64,000 nt of DNA, from assembly GCA_963667175.2 (NCBI GenBank), contig CAXXXF010000018.1, positions 160,001-224,000 of the forward strand, in the 5' to 3' direction. How positions within the stretch are numbered: the stretch's first letter is position 1; every line of letters begins with the position of its first letter. A model generated the notes under the pieces. That model had not been told where the DNA came from. It worked only from the letters and a program-made list of their open reading frames with translations, and made no database searches. A program made the translations under genes and the position numbers. Shown piece after piece: positions 7,469 to 15,595 of the stretch. The stretch is from Candidatus Latescibacterota bacterium. GTDB lineage: Bacteria > Latescibacterota > UBA2968 > GCA-2709665.

Positions 7469-9070
7469 ATGGCGGTAACTTCCGAAAAGTCCAATCCGTC
7501 GCGCGGTGATGGGGCGAACCGTTCCCTGCGGCATCTGCTCGAGGAAACGGACGAGTTCGTCGTGTGCGTGGAACTGGTCAATTCCCGCGGGGTGATCACC
7601 GAGCGCCGCGGACGGCACGTACTGGATCTCGCGCGGGCGCTTGCCGACCATCCGGGCGTGCACGCGCTGAGCATCACCGACAATCCGGGCGGAAACGCCA
7701 CGAACAGTCCGGACACGATGGGGATCGACCTGCTGAGCCGGGGACAGGAGGTGATCATCCACGTTTCGTGCAAGGACTGGAACCGGAATGCGCTGCTGAG
7801 CAGGGGCTGGGAACTGGCGAGCGAAGGATTCGAAAACGTGCTGGCGTTGTCGGGCGACTATCCCGCGGGCGGATACCGCGGGCAGGCGGACGGCGTGTTC
7901 GATACCGATTCGGTGGGTCTGCTGAAGATGTTCTCGGAGATGAATTCGGGGTTGCGCCTCGAGGGCGGCAGGAGCGATCAGGTCTTGAAGCCCACACAAT
8001 TCTTCCCGGGCGCGGTGGTCAACAACCACAAGAAGCATGAACGCGAGGTGATGCCGCAGTATTTCAAGCTGGCCAGGAAGGTGGAAAGCGGCGCTGGTTT
8101 CATCATCAACCAGATCGGTTACGACGCCCGCAAACAGGACGAGTTGCTGAAGTACATGGCCCTTCACGGTCTCCGAACGCCCGTGCTGGCCAACGTCTAC
8201 GTGCTCAGCCCCGCGGCAGCCAGGTTTTTTCACGCGGACAACATTCCAGGGGTGATCGTAACCGACGAGTTGCTTGCGCTGTCGCAGAGGCATGCCCGTT
8301 CGCGCGACAGGGGCAAGGCGTTCTTCCTGGAATTCGCCGCCAGGCAGTGCGCCATAGCCAGAGGACTGGGACATCGCGGCGTCTACCTGGGCGGACACCT
8401 GAAGTTTGAGGACTACGTGCGAATCCTGGAGATTCTTGGCGAATACGGAGACAAGGACTGGAAGGACTTTGTGGATGGGTTTCTCTTCCAGCAGCCCGGG
8501 GAGTTCTTCTTCTTCGAACCCGATACGGAAACGGGGCTCAGTTCGAACGAGGTCAACCGCAAATACCGACATTCGAAGCATCCCGACGTCTTGCGGGCCG
8601 CCCGGAGCCGGACGTCCGCGGGGTACCGGTTCAACCGCTTCGTGCACGAACAGGTTTTCGAAAAGGGCAAGCCGGCTTTTCGTCTCGGCAAGAAGATCTT
8701 CGAGGCCGTGGACGGCGCCGGAAGCGGCGTCCGGAGGGCCGCGCATGGCGCGGAACAGGCGGTGAAGATCCTGGGCTTCGACTGCCGGGACTGCGGCGAC
8801 TGTTCGCTGCCGGATATCGCGTTCCTCTGTCCCGAGTCGCAGTGCGTCAAGAACCAGCGAAACGGACCCTGCGGCGGGACGCGCCGAGGTCGGTGTGAAG
8901 TGGGAGAAAAAGAATGCATCTGGTCGCTGGCCTACGAACGGCTGAAGGCATACGGAGAGGAAGAAAAGATGCTGGAAAGGCCTGTGGTGTTCAAGGACGG
9001 CGCATTGAAAGGCACGAGCGCCTGGGCCAATGCATTCCTCGAGCGGGACCACCGCGCACGGACGAGATGA
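7469..9070 (+). CDS. metF: Methylenetetrahydrofolate reductase fused to a C-terminal Cys-rich MetV-like (MTHFR_C) domain
   Basis: ITDNPGG, HVSCKDWNRNAL, LALSGDYP, KVESGAGFIINQ; C-term CRDCGDCSL...CPESQCVKNQRNGPCGG..GRCEV..KECIW. Confidence 0.88.
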   Translation: MAVTSEKSNPSRGDGANRSLRHLLEETDEFVVCVELVNSRGVITERRGRHVLDLARALADHPGVHALSITDNPGGNATNSPDTMGIDLLSRGQEVIIHVSCKDWNRNALLSRGWELASEGFENVLALSGDYPAGGYRGQADGVFDTDSVGLLKMFSEMNSGLRLEGGRSDQVLKPTQFFPGAVVNNHKKHEREVMPQYFKLARKVESGAGFIINQIGYDARKQDELLKYMALHGLRTPVLANVYVLSPAAARFFHADNIPGVIVTDELLALSQRHARSRDRGKAFFLEFAARQCAIARGLGHRGVYLGGHLKFEDYVRILEILGEYGDKDWKDFVDGFLFQQPGEFFFFEPDTETGLSSNEVNRKYRHSKHPDVLRAARSRTSAGYRFNRFVHEQVFEKGKPAFRLGKKIFEAVDGAGSGVRRAAHGAEQAVKILGFDCRDCGDCSLPDIAFLCPESQCVKNQRNGPCGGTRRGRCEVGEKECIWSLAYERLKAYGEEEKMLERPVVFKDGALKGTSAWANAFLERDHRARTR

Positions 9071-9080
9071 GGGGAACGCC

Positions 9081-10127
9081 ATGAAATTGAATGGCAGGGC
9101 CGGCGAATTTGTCGTCATCGGCGAAAACATCCATACCACACGCGTTGTCCTGAGGAAAGGTCGGCTCGTCGTGAAGAAAACCGGGGGAGGGGAGGCGGTC
9201 CGTTTCTTCGATACCCGGAAGCGACGTCGCTTTCTTGCCATTCCGGACGATATCCGGCAGACGCAGGACTACGAGGAGGGTCGGGTCAAATACGTCAAGA
9301 TTGCGGTTCAGGCGGCGATGTCCGGCCAGACGCCCCAGGCCGAAGACGGGCTGGCGTATCTGCACCGGATGGTTCAGCGACAGGTGGACGCGGGAGCGGA
9401 CTATCTGGATCTGAACGTGGACGAAGTCTCGTTACGCCTTGAGGAGCAGAAGAAAGCCATGCGGTGGCTGGTGGGCGTCGTGCAGAAGATAAGTCGGATT
9501 CCGATATCTGTGGACTCCTCCAACGTGGAAACGATCGGGGACGGCCTCACGGCCTGCGACGGCCGGGCCGGTCGGCCGCTGCTGAATTCGGCCTCGCTGG
9601 AGCGCCTCGAGGCGCTGGACCTGGCCGTGAGGTTCAACGCCCGGGTTGTCGTGACTGCCGCTGGCGAAAGCGGGATGCCGCAGGACGCCGCGGAACGCGT
9701 CGCGAATGCGTCCCGCATGGTCGAGGCGGCGCTGTCCAGGGGAATCGCGATCGAGGATATTTTCGTGGATGCCCTGGTCTTTCCGATTTCCGTGGACGTG
9801 GGATTCGGCAACCACTGCTTCGAGGCCATCCGGACGCTACGGGCGAATTTCGGCCCCGCGATTCACGTGACGGGCGGATTCAGCAACGTTTCTTTCGGGC
9901 TGCCGTGCCGGCGTCTCATCAACGACGTGTTTACGATTCAGGCCGTCGAGGCCGGGGCGGACAGCGGGATCGTCGACCCGGCCACCAGCAGCCCGCAGCG
10001 CGTTTTCTCCATGGACCGGGAGACGGAACCCTACCGGCTTGCGGAAGATATGCTTCTGGGTCGGGATCCCATGTGCAAAAACTACCTGCGCGCGTATCGA
10101 AAGGGTACGCTGGACGCTTACCGTTAA
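9081..10127 (+). CDS. Pterin-binding methyl-THF:corrinoid methyltransferase (AcsE / MetH folate-domain-like)
   Basis: IGENIH, GADYLDLNVD, ISVDSS, LLNSAS, IFVDAL, GGFSNVSFGLP. Confidence 0.9.
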   Translation: MKLNGRAGEFVVIGENIHTTRVVLRKGRLVVKKTGGGEAVRFFDTRKRRRFLAIPDDIRQTQDYEEGRVKYVKIAVQAAMSGQTPQAEDGLAYLHRMVQRQVDAGADYLDLNVDEVSLRLEEQKKAMRWLVGVVQKISRIPISVDSSNVETIGDGLTACDGRAGRPLLNSASLERLEALDLAVRFNARVVVTAAGESGMPQDAAERVANASRMVEAALSRGIAIEDIFVDALVFPISVDVGFGNHCFEAIRTLRANFGPAIHVTGGFSNVSFGLPCRRLINDVFTIQAVEAGADSGIVDPATSSPQRVFSMDRETEPYRLAEDMLLGRDPMCKNYLRAYRKGTLDAYR

Positions 10128-10152
10128 CGAATCGGGGAGGATCCAGGAGGAG

Positions 10153-11214
10153 ATGAAGACATTTTTCGAGAGGCTGGAAGATCCCATCCCGATGGTTTAC
10201 GACGGAGGATTCGGTTCGGAGCTGTTCAAAGGGCATATCGAACTGACGAACAGCGCGCTCGCAAATGAACTGCATCCGGATGCGGTGGTCGAAATCCACT
10301 CCGCCTATATCGCGGCGGGAACCGACGTCATCGGGACCAATACTTTCGTGGCGTCGCCACTGCACCTGGAAATGGCGGGCAAGGCGGAGAACCAGGCCGG
10401 GAAAATTGCGCGGCTGGCCGTGGAACACGCGAGAACAGCAGTCGAAAAAAGCGGCGGGAAGGTCTATATTGCAGGCTCCGTCGGTCCGTCGCCGGGCGCT
10501 ATCGAGTCGGACGCGGGCGATACCGTGTTCGGCATTGCGGACAAGAAGGCGAGGGCGGCGCACGAGCGGGTCATCTATACGCTCGCCGAGGCCGGCGTGG
10601 AGCTGATCTGTATCGAGACCATGTTTTCCGCGAAAGAGGCAGCCATTGCGGCGGACGTTGCCAGGAAGACCGGGTTGCCCGTCGCAATCAATCTGACCTG
10701 CAAATACACGAAAGACCGGAAGACGGGCGAGATGGTCTACCGGACGGACTGGGGGCATTCAGCGGAGGACCTGCTGGATTTTCTGAGTTCCGGAGAGTTT
10801 TCAGGCGGAGACAATCTGCTGGAACACGTGCAAATCATCGGGATGAACTGCGGCGCCGAGACGCGGCGGCTTGAACATACCGGGATGCCTTACGCAATCA
10901 ACGGGATGCGGCAGTTCACGGATGCAATGTCTGCGAGGGGCATCAACGGGATCCGGTTGATGGCCTATCCCAATGCGGGGCTTCCGCAGCTGGAAAGAAA
11001 GACGGGACGGACGACGTATTCGCAGACCGAGGAGGATATGGCGCATTGTGTCCCCGATCTGATCGACGCGGGCGCTTTCATCGTCGGCGGGTGTTGCGGG
11101 ACGGGGCCGTCGCATATCCGCGCTTTTCGCGGAATCTTGAACGGCGGAGCGGCCAATGACGGACACGCCGGGAATGCGGCCGGCGCCCGCGAACAGACAA
11201 GAGCGCCGGACTGA
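10153..11214 (+). CDS. Homocysteine S-methyltransferase (stand-alone MetH Hcy domain / BHMT-like)
   Basis: RBS AGGAGG; DGGFGSEL, HSAYIAAGTDVIGTNTF, AGSVGP, IETM, Zn ligands GMNCG and GGCCG, YPNAGLP. Confidence 0.92.
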   Translation: MKTFFERLEDPIPMVYDGGFGSELFKGHIELTNSALANELHPDAVVEIHSAYIAAGTDVIGTNTFVASPLHLEMAGKAENQAGKIARLAVEHARTAVEKSGGKVYIAGSVGPSPGAIESDAGDTVFGIADKKARAAHERVIYTLAEAGVELICIETMFSAKEAAIAADVARKTGLPVAINLTCKYTKDRKTGEMVYRTDWGHSAEDLLDFLSSGEFSGGDNLLEHVQIIGMNCGAETRRLEHTGMPYAINGMRQFTDAMSARGINGIRLMAYPNAGLPQLERKTGRTTYSQTEEDMAHCVPDLIDAGAFIVGGCCGTGPSHIRAFRGILNGGAANDGHAGNAAGAREQTRAPD

Positions 11215-11235
11215 CGGAGCGCGAAAGGGCGACAG

Positions 11236-11502
11236 GTGGCCGAGTACCAGGTCCTCTACTGGAAGGATATTCCCGCGCAGGTGCGGGTTTTCGACGGGAA
11301 GCGGCGGGTTTCGCGGCAGATGCCCCCGGAATTTCAGGAGGCGATAGACAGGCGGGCGATGCAGGAGGGGCTGGCGGGAACGGACGCGTACCTGGCGCAT
11401 TGGCAATGGAGCGAGCGTCGGGAACGTCCCGGCGACCCGCAGGTGGTTCTGCGGGCGGTGATGGAGGAACTTGAACTGACGTACGACGAGCAGGAAGGGT
11501 AA
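11236..11502 (+). CDS. Small 'Virulence_fact' family protein of the type found in split-MetH/MetF clusters
   Basis: YWKDIPAQV...FQEAIDRRAM...DAYLAHW signature. Confidence 0.8.
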   Translation: MAEYQVLYWKDIPAQVRVFDGKRRVSRQMPPEFQEAIDRRAMQEGLAGTDAYLAHWQWSERRERPGDPQVVLRAVMEELELTYDEQEG

Positions 11503-11539
11503 TTCGCAACGCGCCCGAGAGGTTTCTGGAGGAACGAAG

Positions 11540-11567
11540 AGAGCCGGAGTTTCCGGCTCTGTTTTTT
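11540..11567 (+). terminator. Rho-independent terminator ending the methyl-transfer cluster
   Basis: AGAGCCGGA-GTT-TCCGGCTCT perfect stem followed by GTTTTTT. Confidence 0.85.
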
Positions 11568-11588
11568 GTGGGGCAAACGTCGTACTCG

Positions 11589-13172
11589 CTACAACACCCC
11601 TGCCCCCTGAACGGGGGACGCGACCGTGAGTCTTTCCCGGACCCCGCGTGGCTCATAGTACCTGTCGCGCATGGCTTCGATGATATCCTGCACGCCGTCA
11701 GATTCGACCAGGACCATCATGCTTCCGCCCAGGCCGGCGCCGGATATCTGCGCGCCCGCCGCGCCTGCATCCAGGGCAACGTCTACCATCTCATCGATCT
11801 CCGGAATGCTGCAATTGTAGTCGCCCGGTTGAAGGTGAAGGTCTTTTGACGGGTCGAATCGCGGCGCGTCCAGGTCGATGCGGTCGCCGTCGTGCGAAAC
11901 GTTCATCAACTCTCCGTAGAGGTCCACCCGGTTCCGGTTCAGGACGTCCTTGAGATCTCTGCTTCGCGCGGATTCGGCGATTCCGTAGGCAATGACCATC
12001 CGGACGTGGTAGCCGCCGTCCGGTTCATCGTGGGTGGCGAACTGCTGTTCGAGAAACGTCCCTTCGCCCGGTAGCTGGATCAGAAGCCCCCGCCGGTCGA
12101 TCCGTTCCGGCAGGGAATGTATCAGCGCGTAGATCTCAGGTTGGGAGAGGCATTCAACGACGTCGGCGAGGTGAAACTTTTTCTCAACATCCAGGTCCAT
12201 CCTGTCTTCGACAACCCCCCGGATCGCTTTCGGGTGGCGCGCTTCCAGGTAGTTGCGGAGAAAGACCTCTCCGATCTCGTACGTCGCCGTCTTTTCATTG
12301 AATTTCTGTCCGGCCCCGCCGGTCTTGTTGGCCTGGATGCCCGAGTCGAAGATGATGATCTGATAGCCGTCGGGGAACGGCAGATACGCGTCGATCATCA
12401 ACTCCGGGAGGGTCTTCATGTGGGTGATTTTTCCCAACCGGCCGCATTTGATCGCGGCGTGGTCGCCGAAACCGCCGCGTGTCCCCACGTACCATTCCGC
12501 GGCGCCGGCGCACCTCACGAACTGCCCGTCGTCCAGGTCGATCCCGTTGACGCGCGTCATGATCTCCGTCGTCGCGACGACAACCGCGGACGAAGAACTC
12601 AGGCCGCCCATATCGGGAAGGCTGCTGCTCATGACCCCGTCGAATCCGCGCAGTTCCCTGCCAGGATCGCGGGTGTGCAGGTAGGCCGGCGGCGCCTGCA
12701 GTTTCGTGATCCAGTCCTCGTTGACACCGGCGGCCTTGCGTTCGTCTGTTTTTTCCTGCGTCCACGCCAGCCACTCGGCGTCGGAACCGATCGGCGTGTC
12801 CGGGCGGATTTCCGTCAGATGGAAACCGCGGGTTCCATATTCCGGATTCAGATCGTGGACCTCGACCCGGTCGTCGTCTCTTCGGGAAAAACAGATGAGA
12901 ATCTCTTTGTCCAGGGAGATGGGGTTGATGAAGGCGCCCCGGTGGTCGGCGTGCATGCCCACGGTGTTCAATCTGCCCGGCGCCCTGACAAAGCTGACGT
13001 CCCTGTCGCCGAATGTCTTTCTGAATCGGACCGCGATCTCCGACAGGGCGCGCAGGCGTTCTTCAATCAGGCCCTCATTGTCGCCGTAGACGGACTGAAG
13101 GCGGGAGATCAGATCGTCGTCCCTGTCGCGAATCGTCCGGATCCACTCGTGGGCGTTCTTCTGGCCAATCAT
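11589..13172 (-). CDS. GHMP-family sugar kinase (galactokinase/GalNAc-kinase-like)
   Basis: RAPGRLNTVGMHADH, LPDMGGLSSSSA, GGFGDHAA, GAQISGAGLGG. Confidence 0.85.
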   Translation of the reverse strand: MIGQKNAHEWIRTIRDRDDDLISRLQSVYGDNEGLIEERLRALSEIAVRFRKTFGDRDVSFVRAPGRLNTVGMHADHRGAFINPISLDKEILICFSRRDDDRVEVHDLNPEYGTRGFHLTEIRPDTPIGSDAEWLAWTQEKTDERKAAGVNEDWITKLQAPPAYLHTRDPGRELRGFDGVMSSSLPDMGGLSSSSAVVVATTEIMTRVNGIDLDDGQFVRCAGAAEWYVGTRGGFGDHAAIKCGRLGKITHMKTLPELMIDAYLPFPDGYQIIIFDSGIQANKTGGAGQKFNEKTATYEIGEVFLRNYLEARHPKAIRGVVEDRMDLDVEKKFHLADVVECLSQPEIYALIHSLPERIDRRGLLIQLPGEGTFLEQQFATHDEPDGGYHVRMVIAYGIAESARSRDLKDVLNRNRVDLYGELMNVSHDGDRIDLDAPRFDPSKDLHLQPGDYNCSIPEIDEMVDVALDAGAAGAQISGAGLGGSMMVLVESDGVQDIIEAMRDRYYEPRGVRERLTVASPVQGAGVL

Positions 13173-13261
13173 CCGGTTCTCCTCCGGGAATCGGACGCCG
13201 GGAAACCGACGTGATGAGCCGGTTTCAGTATTCGAACGACGCGCCGTTGACGTTGAGCGAC

Positions 13262-13311
13262 GAAAAGAGAAAACGACAACGCTTCCGCTGAATTCGAGAG
13301 GCGTTGTCGTT
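13262..13311 (-). terminator. Intra-cluster hairpin / possible terminator
   Basis: AACGACAACGC (13272-13282) pairs with GCGTTGTCGTT (13301-13311); T-rich tail on the minus strand. Confidence 0.5.
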
Positions 13312-13335
13312 CTGATAAGCGGACGGGACGGAGAC

Positions 13336-14307
13336 TTACAGCTTGTCCGGATCGAAGATGCCTTTCTGCGTGTCCACGACCCGCTCGGACCTGGTCTTGA
13401 ACATCGTGCCGGCCGGATAATAGCCGGCCTTGACGTAGGCGAGGCCGTATGAGATGCACATGGGCCCCAGCAATGTGCCGGGATCGGTAAGAGACTCGCA
13501 GGCCAGCTGTGTCCTGTCGCCGAGAACGACGCCCATTTTGGAACCGCCCAGGTCGTACCACGTGTCGTTGATTTCGACCTTCAGATTGACGCGTTTGTCG
13601 CGCTCACGGACGCCCTGGATGATGCCCAGGTTGGCGGCCGTGGCCTGGTTCCCGAAGTGGGTGGCATACCCGCAGAGGCTGTCCCCGAGATACGATGGAT
13701 GGGGGAAGTTGGCCTCGTCGAGCATGAGGACGTTCTTGATCTCCCCCCGGATGGCGTTGTCGCCCTGTTTCTTGTGGCCGCCCAGGATGATATTGCCCCG
13801 GAGATAGGCGCCCTGGCGGATTTCGTTATTCGGTCCGATGATGGTGGGGCCCTTGACGCCGGCCGTGGGCTCCACAACGGCGCCTTCGCCTACGTAGACG
13901 TCGCCGCCGTCCAGGTAGAGGACGGCGCCGACCACCTTTGCGTCTCTTGCGACGTAGAGCGTGTGGCCCTCGCCGTCGAGCGACCCGTGTACGAAGAGCG
14001 GTTCGCAAACGGCGCCGGGCTCGACCAGCACGGTGTAGTTCCCGATTCCGGACAGGCCCGTCCGTTCCTCCACGCCTTCTGCAGAACCGATCTTCTCCGC
14101 CAGCCATTCCGTGGCGTATCTTTCGATTCCGTCTTTGCCGATAAGGTCGACGACGGACCTGGCGCCGTCGACCAGCGCCCGGTGCTCAAACGGGTATCTG
14201 TCGAGGTCGAAGAAGTTGGACGGTCTCAACTCACCGGGGACCTCGTCCGCCGCCAGTTCGGTTACAATGACCGGATCGTCCTTCGCGCCGGTTCCGTTAA
14301 TGGCCAT
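13336..14307 (-). CDS. Left-handed beta-helix acyltransferase resembling the acetyltransferase half of archaeal-type GlmU; no nucleotidyltransferase domain
   Basis: VKGPTIIGPNNEIRQGAYLRGN, EIKN, PHPSYLGDS, ANL, KMGVVLGD. Confidence 0.8.
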   Translation of the reverse strand: MAINGTGAKDDPVIVTELAADEVPGELRPSNFFDLDRYPFEHRALVDGARSVVDLIGKDGIERYATEWLAEKIGSAEGVEERTGLSGIGNYTVLVEPGAVCEPLFVHGSLDGEGHTLYVARDAKVVGAVLYLDGGDVYVGEGAVVEPTAGVKGPTIIGPNNEIRQGAYLRGNIILGGHKKQGDNAIRGEIKNVLMLDEANFPHPSYLGDSLCGYATHFGNQATAANLGIIQGVRERDKRVNLKVEINDTWYDLGGSKMGVVLGDRTQLACESLTDPGTLLGPMCISYGLAYVKAGYYPAGTMFKTRSERVVDTQKGIFDPDKL

Positions 14308-14310
14308 CAC

Positions 14311-15258
14311 CTATTCCTTTCTGCTTTCCGCGATTTTCTCGAGCGTCTGGTCGTGCAGGGCCTGCGTCCGGCTGACCAGAACGTCGAAGACGGTCTCGTA
14401 ATCTTCCGTGGGCTTCGGCGCCGCGTTTCCGTCGAAGTCGGTGACGATCAGTCCGGCTTCTTCCGCGATCGCAATCCCGGAAAAGACGTCGACGTAAGGC
14501 TGTTGCCTGGCAAAATAGACGTCGATCTGCCCAGCCGCCGCCTCCGCAAAGGCGTACGGGCCGCCGTTGGGGTGCAGCATTTTGAAGGCATCGATAACCG
14601 GCCGGTATTCGTCGATCAGCGGCATGAGGAATTTGCCCGGCTTCAGGAGGTACGATTCGACACAGGCGTCACCCACGTCGTCAGCGGGCTCCCCGTGCCG
14701 TTCCCTGCGGTAGCTTTCATTAAGACGCTCCACGCCGGTCAGCGCGTTTCCGTCCAGTTTGGCCATAAAGGCGCCGTTGCCGTTGGCAAACGCCAGGTCT
14801 CTGTTGAAGACGTCGCCGGTGACGGAGACGAGGTGATCGAAACTTGCATTGAAGAGTGCCAGAGAACTGTATTGCATGAACGGCAGCCCTCGCTTGTACA
14901 ACCAGCTGCCGTCGAACGGATCGGAGACGCCATAGATTTTGTCGCCTTCCTTGCCGCCGGTCAGATCCACCATACCTGCTTCTTCGGAGAGCAGCACGAC
15001 AGGATGGGCGCTTTCTTTAAGCCGTCCGATATATGCCCCTTCCGCGGCTTCGTCCACACCGAAGATCTCGGCGTCCCAATCCTTGTAGTCGCCTTCCCGG
15101 GTCCGGATGACCATGGCGCCGCTGGCCTCGCCCTGCAGATCCTGCAGGATGTCCAGGGTTTCCGCCACGATGGCCAGGCCGAGCGCCGAGAGGTCGTCAA
15201 CATTATCTGTTCTACTGAAGTTGCCGATTCTGCTTTCGAATACCTGATCTTCACCCAT
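14311..15258 (-). CDS. Inositol monophosphatase/FBPase (FIG superfamily) phosphatase
   Basis: VDEAAE, LLSEE, DPFDGS, AAAGQIDVY, DVFSGIAIAEEAGLIVTDFDG. Confidence 0.85.
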   Translation of the reverse strand: MGEDQVFESRIGNFSRTDNVDDLSALGLAIVAETLDILQDLQGEASGAMVIRTREGDYKDWDAEIFGVDEAAEGAYIGRLKESAHPVVLLSEEAGMVDLTGGKEGDKIYGVSDPFDGSWLYKRGLPFMQYSSLALFNASFDHLVSVTGDVFNRDLAFANGNGAFMAKLDGNALTGVERLNESYRRERHGEPADDVGDACVESYLLKPGKFLMPLIDEYRPVIDAFKMLHPNGGPYAFAEAAAGQIDVYFARQQPYVDVFSGIAIAEEAGLIVTDFDGNAAPKPTEDYETVFDVLVSRTQALHDQTLEKIAESRKE

Positions 15259-15344
15259 TCGAAATTCCTTCCGCCTGAAGTGATGTAACTTTCTGTTTTT
15301 AAGGGGCTAATGTACGACAACAGTGGAAAGTTCAACAAATATTG

Positions 15345-15373
15345 ATTATACCATATTCCCTTCATGATGTCAA
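15345..15373 (-). promoter_or_regulatory. Consensus sigma70 promoter for the IMPase-LbH-kinase genes
   Basis: Minus strand reads TTGACA-N17-TATAAT with extended -10 TG. Confidence 0.85.
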
Positions 15374-15384
15374 GACAAAACATA

Positions 15385-15413
15385 TTGCGGAATCTCCGGC
15401 CGGATGGTATCCT
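15385..15413 (+). promoter_or_regulatory. Putative sigma70 promoter upstream of nagA
   Basis: TTGCGG-N17-TATCCT with TG-extended -10. Confidence 0.55.
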
Positions 15414-15417
15414 AAAA

Positions 15418-15517
15418 GCGGGGAAACGGGAGAGGATGTGATTGCCCGGTGCGGCTTCATTTCGTGCCGGAGGCTTTAAGGAAGAGCATATCGGGCAAGG
15501 ACATTATCTACCGTCTC
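15418..15517 (+). ncRNA. Candidate structured leader RNA or palindromic repeat, copy 1
   Basis: 72/92 aligned positions identical to 62091-62180; nested inverted repeats; starts at the predicted TSS. Confidence 0.45.
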
Positions 15518-15595
15518 ACGCCTGCCGTCTCCCCCCGATAGGCGACCCAGCCGCTTAACAGCCGGCGCAAGGATTATCCATGCAAAGGAGAAACA

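Noticed and set aside
7391-9241. Long antisense or alternative-frame ORFs (e.g. 7391-9241, 13657-15288, 19029-20819, 24202-25905, 29993-31648, 47110-49110)
   Set aside because: Shadow ORFs of high-GC genes; no motifs, and each overlaps a well-supported CDS
3057-11214. Methanogenesis or Wood-Ljungdahl pathway
   Set aside because: No mcr, CoM, acsB/C/D or CODH genes here; the surrounding genes are bacterial and the cluster includes a homocysteine methyltransferase
13336-15258. TAG readthrough (pyrrolysine) fusing IMPase and LbH, which are in frame and adjacent
   Set aside because: The downstream gene has its own RBS-like AAGGA/AGGT and GTG/ATG starts, both domains are complete, and no pyl genes are seen
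15418-15517. SRP RNA, 6S RNA, glmS ribozyme or cobalamin riboswitch as identity of the repeated leader
   Set aside because: It lacks the SRP domain IV motif, the B12 box and the glmS core, and is too short for 6S; kept as an unknown element instead
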